Part shown: piece after piece, positions 35,401 to 40,523 of the stretch | How positions within the stretch are numbered: position 1 is the stretch's first letter | How the letters are laid out: each line of letters starts with the position of its first letter | Source of the DNA: a virus | Lineage: Duplodnaviria > Caudoviricetes | Virus record (IMG/VR): IMGVR_UViG_3300048599_000201 | Location: 1 to 40,523 of that record | Direction: 5' to 3' (one strand) | Length of the DNA stretch: 40,523 nucleotides | Translations under genes and position numbers: made by a program | The notes under the pieces: model-generated | Database searches by the model: none | What the model was told of the DNA's origin: nothing | The model's input: the letters and a program-made list of their open reading frames with translations, nothing else

Positions 35401-37356
35401 GATACGAACTACGACGATCAGTTGAGGGCCCTGGCGGAAATCGAAGCGGAAAACGCTCTGCGTGCACGGCAGGTAACCTGGGGTGCGTGGCGTCTCACCT
35501 GGGATAGCGCGGGATGGGGAGAGACCACGTTGAATGAAGCGAGCGGCTGGCACTGGGGCGAGGACAGTGTCGGAGCAAAGACCTATCCGGGCCAGGCCAA
35601 TGCGGCACGCGAACGGTTCGGCACATACAGCTCATTGGTGCCTGAGCGGACGCTCGTGGATCTGGGTGAACGGGTAGTGGACCTGACAGTGCTCCCCTAC
35701 ATGCGGCCGATCGAGATCAACTGCGTCGCCAAAGGGTTGAAGCCGAGCATCGACATTGCCGTGAGCATCGACGGCATCCCTGCGGATTTCACTGAAACGG
35801 GCGGCACGCAACCGGGGTCTGCAACCTATCGCGGCAAGAGCACGATCAGGACGTCCGGAGCCGGATCTGCAACCGGGAAATTCACCATACCCGAGGGTGT
35901 GGCAGTCGGGAAAAAAACCGTGCAGGTGTTTTCGGCGGCTAATCCGGAGGAAAGCTACGGTATCAGCATATTCTATTCCCAGGGATTCAGGGAGACCCGC
36001 CAGCGGCAATACATGGGGATCATCTCGGCCACAGAGCGGGAAGCCACGATCACCGAAAGCGAGTTCCACTACGGGGATCCGCTGGCCCAGACGTTCGCAG
36101 TGACGTCGGGGATTAAGTGGGTCTCGTATGTGGATCTGTATTTTCAATCCAAGGACACGGCGCTGCCGGTCACGGTGGAAATCAGGGAGACGCTGAACGG
36201 ATACCCCTCACGGCGGGTAATTCAGACCTGCACCCTGGAACAATCCGATGTGAACGTCAGCGACGATGCCTCGGTGCATACGCGATTCACCTTTGCCAAT
36301 CCGGTGGGATACACCGCGGGAGAGTATTGCTTTGTGGTGATCACGAATTGCGTGACCTACAAGGTGTGGTATGCCCGCCTCGGTGAAACGGATGTGCGCA
36401 CCGGTCAGTTGGTCCGGCAGAACCCTACGGGCGGCGTGATGTTCACGTCACCCAACAACAGCACGTGGGAGGCGCATCCTGAATGGGACCTCACGTTCGA
36501 GATCGGCACCGCGAATTTCGAGAACAATTGCCAGCTCGTATTCGACAAGATCTCGGGTATTGAAGCGGGTATGCTCGTGTTGGCAGTGACGCAGTATCTC
36601 GGAGAGGGCTGCGATCTGCACTGGATGTATTCCCTGGATAATCGCAGCACATGGAAACCGGTTGTGGCCGGTATCGATTCCGAGCTGGGCCAGATCACCA
36701 CGGAAGTGGATCTGAGGTGCGACGTTACGGGATCGGGCGGGACCTTCCAGATTTCCGAATCCGGACTCGGCATCATCCTTCTCCTGAATGAGCCGAGCGC
36801 CTGGTATGTGGGGTTCAACGGGGAACTTGCGGAACCGTGTGACAAGGTGACCATGATCGTTCCGCTGGCCGTGGACGGAACGAACGGCACAGGAAACAGG
36901 TCAGCGACGCCGTATTACTCGGTTGATAACGGCGAGACACTCGTGGAGATCAAACCCAGGGTGGGGTATGCGCCGGTGGCGTTGGGAGACGGGACCTACA
37001 GGGAATTCATCTTCGAGACTCCGGATGAGGCGACCATCACAGGCGCATCGAACACCACGCCCATCGTGATCACGTCGGCAGCTCACGGATTCACGAATAA
37101 CACCATTGTCGAGCATACCGGAATCGGCGGGAATACGGCGGCAAACGGCACGTTCAGAGTGGCGAATGCGACCGACGATACGTACGAGCTGGTCGATCCG
37201 GAAACCGGAGCGGACGTTGCCGGCAACGGATCGTACAGCGGCGGCGGAACCGCGAAACTGGCGGAATACACGCAGCTCCGGACGCTTATGCTGTTGGAGA
37301 CCGACAACAGAGCGCTCACTCCGAAGGCCGGGGAGATCAATACCATTGCAGCGTAA
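32500..37356 (+). CDS. Large baseplate/adsorption protein, DUF4815-like
   Basis: 1618 aa; IFKDGDVISG, SGDYSVKPF, GIFVDSL, INVNP...DFWTD, DPLAQTF...VDLYFQSKD...PVTVEIRE...GYP. Confidence 0.8.
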   Translation: MPRRADFMHNYNVRAFENLDPPVMKIPVVEGQAGSQSLTYAATFVTICGETPASTPVIITNGPDTLNGFDKVKLGVESIPAAARKVRFYKNTVDGLRLLGEVDRAIGQMFDSGQAVTATVPISQNTSGRPRHLALGFHSGELCGRQEFMDLQAIFDRDIKALGDTIFKDGDVISGCAVQFVSGTTWRLTEGFVYLYGMIHAIDSGLVTLVGTGKEMVGIRVEEDWITNVQDPVLKAHADEEVPPEYAQHGADRLVLNFTWVVDQPGQINVRPFLDGQPLLEQQTTEYSELEKMVNRRFYRLSGDYSVKPFPRKLIPHDTDAAKMQLKIDGGGIASVGGPEIETIAPQFVEVPKARDTESVNNSPLDPYDAPGGAVIGTVSEPFNVNGLAVKLRCGSGNYHTVALTGSGQTALQVANQIANAINAYPTSGTLVTCTATGGKLKVQGPDGKSLTIAAVASDAYGVLGISPGVYEPTGQRIYRVNDAFVKSVSDLSYITEVVEAVTHDGTDHIDTMANTNVSDILGASFAEADAHDGKYDFVKNIDFVKSGNEADFAALGGANPANGQTIYFKYRYSVNAVKGVRVRVRVTDAQIVKGAEDGQDTIIFGSGDAVEVKTGNPVTGLSGEVSDVIRILRVNNSSGQSQSQYTNYSLVKNSGALKHETSKIDWSAAGAQGVTPGGQPSTGSTYYLTFEYWRHVTEGDFVTADSYLNDYEEIEYATGTSWNLRDCADFRTVNGKRPVQGDSARFDYEFYLSRVDRVVLGSDGYFQRVAGIPALVPVAPKNPQGPLAMFLLRVPPFTYSPADVVIQNLEIQRKTQQGINEMLAKIERTEYFIAQFLSKQGAKENTAATDAKGIFVDSLVGQKNGDFEFSKNGIQFTAAIDTFERCIRLPVSEDGRVISLDEANSSGFARAGKVLMFAYQPEIYLSQLKATGIINVNPHEVFGWIGTLEIDPEEDFWTDVAQLPAVDTNYDDQLRALAEIEAENALRARQVTWGAWRLTWDSAGWGETTLNEASGWHWGEDSVGAKTYPGQANAARERFGTYSSLVPERTLVDLGERVVDLTVLPYMRPIEINCVAKGLKPSIDIAVSIDGIPADFTETGGTQPGSATYRGKSTIRTSGAGSATGKFTIPEGVAVGKKTVQVFSAANPEESYGISIFYSQGFRETRQRQYMGIISATEREATITESEFHYGDPLAQTFAVTSGIKWVSYVDLYFQSKDTALPVTVEIRETLNGYPSRRVIQTCTLEQSDVNVSDDASVHTRFTFANPVGYTAGEYCFVVITNCVTYKVWYARLGETDVRTGQLVRQNPTGGVMFTSPNNSTWEAHPEWDLTFEIGTANFENNCQLVFDKISGIEAGMLVLAVTQYLGEGCDLHWMYSLDNRSTWKPVVAGIDSELGQITTEVDLRCDVTGSGGTFQISESGLGIILLLNEPSAWYVGFNGELAEPCDKVTMIVPLAVDGTNGTGNRSATPYYSVDNGETLVEIKPRVGYAPVALGDGTYREFIFETPDEATITGASNTTPIVITSAAHGFTNNTIVEHTGIGGNTAANGTFRVANATDDTYELVDPETGADVAGNGSYSGGGTAKLAEYTQLRTLMLLETDNRALTPKAGEINTIAA

Positions 37357-37367
37357 GGGGACGGCTC

Positions 37368-37562
37368 ATGAGCATTGAGAGACGCAATCCGCAGGGATGG
37401 ACGGACAAAGGGATGAAACCGGGCTGGATGCGGCGTGTTCCGACACCCCAGGACGGGAAGATCAAGCAGCTTGCGCAAGAAAACGCAGAGCTGAAAGCTC
37501 AGCTTGAAGAGCAGCAAGCCAGGCTTGCGCTGATCGAAGAGAAGCTGCTGACCAAGGAGTAA
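37368..37562 (+). CDS. Small coiled-coil protein
   Basis: 64 aa, AAGGGG SD, IKQLAQENAELKAQLEEQQARLALIEEKL. Confidence 0.7.
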   Translation: MSIERRNPQGWTDKGMKPGWMRRVPTPQDGKIKQLAQENAELKAQLEEQQARLALIEEKLLTKE

Positions 37563-37578
37563 GACGCTGGCGCTCAAA

Positions 37579-37824
37579 ATGCCGGACAATCCGGGGCTCT
37601 GCGATGCGATGGCCCAGAAATACGGGGCCCTCGTTGGCGATGGGTTCATCTGTGTAGCGGTCTCGGGCAAGCACATCAAGATCGAGGATATCGAGCATTC
37701 CGTGATGGAGGGGTTCGAGATCACGAACTTCAACTTCCATTGCTCCGGATCGCAGCCTGCAATGCCCACAACGGATTTCCTGCAGGGTCCCGTGGAGAAC
37801 GACAAGAAGGGAAGGTTCGTCTGA
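37579..37824 (+). CDS. Small hypothetical protein (possible CTG start at 37567)
   Basis: 81 aa, TGATG-coupled to the next gene. Confidence 0.6.
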   Translation: MPDNPGLCDAMAQKYGALVGDGFICVAVSGKHIKIEDIEHSVMEGFEITNFNFHCSGSQPAMPTTDFLQGPVENDKKGRFV

Positions 37825-40523
37825 TGGCATGGCCTCCTGAAAATACCGATCCCACTGCCGAATCGCCGTTCTATTGCGACGGCGGTTACGGGTATGAGGT
37901 TCTGCGGGTATCGCCCGAGGGTAACGTGTTCGGGCAGACCCGATGGATTGCCGAGGTCCAGCACAAGATCTGGTGGACGGGCAGCGGGTACCGGTACGTG
38001 GAATCAACTGCGCTCCACATGACGTACGAGGAATTGCCCACAGGCAGGCCGTTCGGTGAGATCCGCAAGGTCAGAGAGTATATCAAAGCCACAAACGAAT
38101 ACATCTGGCGGGAATACTGGTATGACGCGGAGGCCGGGATCTGGAAACAGATCGCCTGGCTGTGGACCATTGAGGGCCTGCAGAATATTCCCGATCCAGG
38201 CAAACAGGTGGGCGGAGCGCACATTGTCATCGAGCGTGCGGTTCCGTTCGTGTGGACCGGGATTCGATGGGAACGTTTCAGGCATTCCATGCTGAAGGAC
38301 GATGAGCCGCTGCGGCACTTACCTGCGGGCTTCCTCCGGACGCTGAACCCGGATGCACGAGTGGTCTATTACTCACCAACGGAGATCGGTATCGAGCCTA
38401 TCAAAGGCGGTTCCGGAAAGGTTTTGGTCAATCTCGAATACGTTCTTGCCACACGGGAAGGTTCGGTAAGCCCGAATCTCGCCGTGCTGGACTGGAATGA
38501 TGAGACTCGGACCATTGCGCCGCGGCATATAGAGCCCGGGACCGAATACTGGATTTATCTGGCCAATGCAGACAATGCGTTCGTGATCCAGGGCCTGCCG
38601 GGTGATGCTGAGCACAATGCAGCTCCTGCTTGGGATTATCGACAGAAGCTGTTTCTCAGCACGACGCCGGATGTCAACGGGTATCTGGCCGATACCGGCA
38701 GCGGTCTGAATGCTCGGTTGGTCGGCAAGATCGAGACGGACAACACCGCGGCTGCCGATGGCGGGCCGTATTTCCTTCGTGAGCTGGACATCAGCCTGAT
38801 CAGCAGGCTGGTGAGCCTGCCCGAGACCTACCGGGAATTCTCGGACTTTGTGGTGACCTTCTGGGATCAACAGACATTGCGGCTGGAACGGCTCGATGCA
38901 ACGTACGGGCAGATCTTTGCGGGCGGGAACCTGCATTTCCTCGGTGAAGGGCGGGTCCTACAGACGGACGATCCGTGGATCGAGTGGAGCGATACCGAAC
39001 CCAAGCTCGTGAGGCGCACGAATGCGCTTTCGGCATCCTCTCAGTATTTCATTTATCTCTCCGGCGACGTGGACCCGTTCAATTTCAATGCGATCAATCC
39101 CGAGACGAATCGGCCGTGGCAGGCCACGGATACGGGCGCTGTCGAGTATTACGATCCGGATCTTGATATGCGGCTCATGCTGTTTCTCAGCCCGAAGGAG
39201 CCGGATCATGGCGTTCTGGATGAGGCGTGGCCTGGGTATTACGCGAGGCATGTCGGGCAGGTCCGGACAGATGAATACGGGAATTTCGTGAATGCATGGG
39301 ATCTGAGCGCAATCCGGCAAAAAACGCTCAATCCGAGCTGGTTTGACGGGCTGGCTGAGATCGAGCTGGTTCCTGTGGACACCACGGAATTCCGGGTGTG
39401 CAAGAAAAAGGGAAGCAGCGGGATCATCAGCGTGCGGGGCGCTGCGGTGCAGACGTTCGACAGTGACGATCCGGACGTGCACTGGGTTACCACTGCGGAC
39501 ATGGTGCAGGCCTACAATGAGGGCAATCCTTCAAGTCCGTTGAGTCCGTTGAATCCGATATCCTGGTATCCGGGTGAATCGCTGTATCTCTACATGGCGA
39601 ATCACCGCAGTTTGTGGGGCGATCTTGCAGGCCGGACGTTTGTCTCCGATCATGCGCCGACTGGCGGGTATCTGTCGCAGAATTGGCCGGGCAATAATGC
39701 CCGCTGGATATGCACCGTAAAACCGGACGGCAACGGCGCATTCACGGGCAAATTCATTCCCGAGACCATTGCAGTGAGCGCTCACAGCCAGATATTCGAT
39801 GACGAGCCCGAGAAACACCGGGTGCACAACGATAGCCAAGTGACGAACCTGAATATGCTGTCTGCCGCGGGCGTGTTGTTCGAGCTGCAGAAACAGCAAG
39901 GATTGCCGGTTCGGTTGGATTTCCAGGATGCAACGCACGTGAAACTGGTACCGATCGGGGACCAGGCGACGTACGTAATTCTGCCGGACATGACGGTGTT
40001 GAACGTGCCTGCAGCGGGTATTTCGCTGGCAGTGGCCGGGAACACGGGCTCCACGTATTTCGTGTATGCGACAGCATCGGGGCCTGAGTTTTCAACGCAG
40101 GCGCCGGACAAACACTACGCAGCGCTGGAAACGAGCGGGACCACGAAGACGCTTGTGGGATGGTTCGCATTTGCAGCGCCGAATCAGTTGCAGGGCACTT
40201 GGAACGTGTTCAGCCATTCTCACGAGGACAGGAAATTCACGGCAACCATTACCACTGAGACAACCACGCTGAACCTGCCGGGATGCGTGGTTCCGCCAGG
40301 ACGAACCTGCGAGCTGACCAGGACGGGCCAGTCGTCCGCGTCAAGTTCGGAACGTGATTCTGGGTATGGTTGGGAGCGCAGCCTGGACATTACTGTAGTG
40401 ACCGGATTCGGGAGAATAGATGACGGGGTTGGCACTGTCCTGGTTGGGCACGCAAACCTGTCACACGGGATAGTGCAGCCTGGCATCTACAATGAGTTTT
40501 CGCTCACGCATTCATTATCCAAG
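37824..40523 (+). CDS. Putative tail fibre/receptor-binding protein, 3'-truncated by the window (at least 900 codons); not in the ORF track
   Basis: ATG 37824 (MAWPPENTDPTAESPFYC...), frame read as open to the window end; internal repeats Y-x-IYL...LFLS...GYL...NAR-x-VG. Confidence 0.75.
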   Translation, partial: MAWPPENTDPTAESPFYCDGGYGYEVLRVSPEGNVFGQTRWIAEVQHKIWWTGSGYRYVESTALHMTYEELPTGRPFGEIRKVREYIKATNEYIWREYWYDAEAGIWKQIAWLWTIEGLQNIPDPGKQVGGAHIVIERAVPFVWTGIRWERFRHSMLKDDEPLRHLPAGFLRTLNPDARVVYYSPTEIGIEPIKGGSGKVLVNLEYVLATREGSVSPNLAVLDWNDETRTIAPRHIEPGTEYWIYLANADNAFVIQGLPGDAEHNAAPAWDYRQKLFLSTTPDVNGYLADTGSGLNARLVGKIETDNTAAADGGPYFLRELDISLISRLVSLPETYREFSDFVVTFWDQQTLRLERLDATYGQIFAGGNLHFLGEGRVLQTDDPWIEWSDTEPKLVRRTNALSASSQYFIYLSGDVDPFNFNAINPETNRPWQATDTGAVEYYDPDLDMRLMLFLSPKEPDHGVLDEAWPGYYARHVGQVRTDEYGNFVNAWDLSAIRQKTLNPSWFDGLAEIELVPVDTTEFRVCKKKGSSGIISVRGAAVQTFDSDDPDVHWVTTADMVQAYNEGNPSSPLSPLNPISWYPGESLYLYMANHRSLWGDLAGRTFVSDHAPTGGYLSQNWPGNNARWICTVKPDGNGAFTGKFIPETIAVSAHSQIFDDEPEKHRVHNDSQVTNLNMLSAAGVLFELQKQQGLPVRLDFQDATHVKLVPIGDQATYVILPDMTVLNVPAAGISLAVAGNTGSTYFVYATASGPEFSTQAPDKHYAALETSGTTKTLVGWFAFAAPNQLQGTWNVFSHSHEDRKFTATITTETTTLNLPGCVVPPGRTCELTRTGQSSASSSERDSGYGWERSLDITVVTGFGRIDDGVGTVLVGHANLSHGIVQPGIYNEFSLTHSLSK

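Larger units (their letters stand above)
4875..40523 (+). mobile_element. Myovirus-type phage/prophage late operon; element boundaries lie outside the window
   Basis: Ordered lysis, packaging, head, neck, contractile tail and baseplate genes, tightly coupled and apparently intact. Confidence 0.93.

Noticed and set aside
39533-39558. Short 9-bp tandem repeat (AGTCCGTTG) in the fibre gene
   Set aside because: Only about 2.5 copies, in frame (SPL-SPL-NP); probably trivial
37886-40486. Many short ORFs listed in the track at the right end
   Set aside because: All overlap the long + frame starting at 37824, which the track omitted because it has no stop in the window
37824-40523. Diversity-generating retroelement or invertible tail-fibre cassette
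   Set aside because: No reverse transcriptase, invertase or template/variable repeat pair seen in the window; cannot be excluded downstream
1-40523. Stop-codon reassignment, tRNA or rRNA genes
   Set aside because: Genes are full length under the standard code using TAA, TAG and TGA stops; no tRNA or rRNA-like sequence was recognised

Overview
The window is a near-complete late region of a contractile-tailed (myovirus-type) phage or prophage, almost entirely on the + strand. In order: a cluster of short accessory ORFs (70-4535), a probable late promoter, a lysis-like cassette (membrane protein, NlpC/P60 hydrolase, lipoprotein, holin-like protein), three Mu-like genes (gp25-, gp26- and gp27/DUF3486-like), a GpA-type large terminase, a portal fused to a Mu-gpF domain, protease/scaffold, decoration protein, major capsid, neck, sheath, tube, tail assembly chaperone with a probable -1 frameshift extension, tape measure, baseplate genes, a 1618-aa DUF4815-like protein, and a tail-fibre-like ORF of at least 900 codons that runs off the right end and is missing from the ORF track. 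No integrase, transposase, replication gene, tRNA, CRISPR array or reverse transcriptase was seen. The most unusual observations are: (1) one ~90-aa module inserted six times into four different virion proteins, twice nested inside itself; (2) seven copies of a covarying hairpin repeat plus GTAG-type REP elements at gene junctions, one read in frame in the hydrolase gene; (3) two unannotated paralogous membrane micropeptides inside the baseplate operon; (4) portal-gpF and gp25-LysM fusions; (5) repeat-bounded cassettes in the accessory region. All family calls come from motif recognition and gene order by eye; no database search was run.
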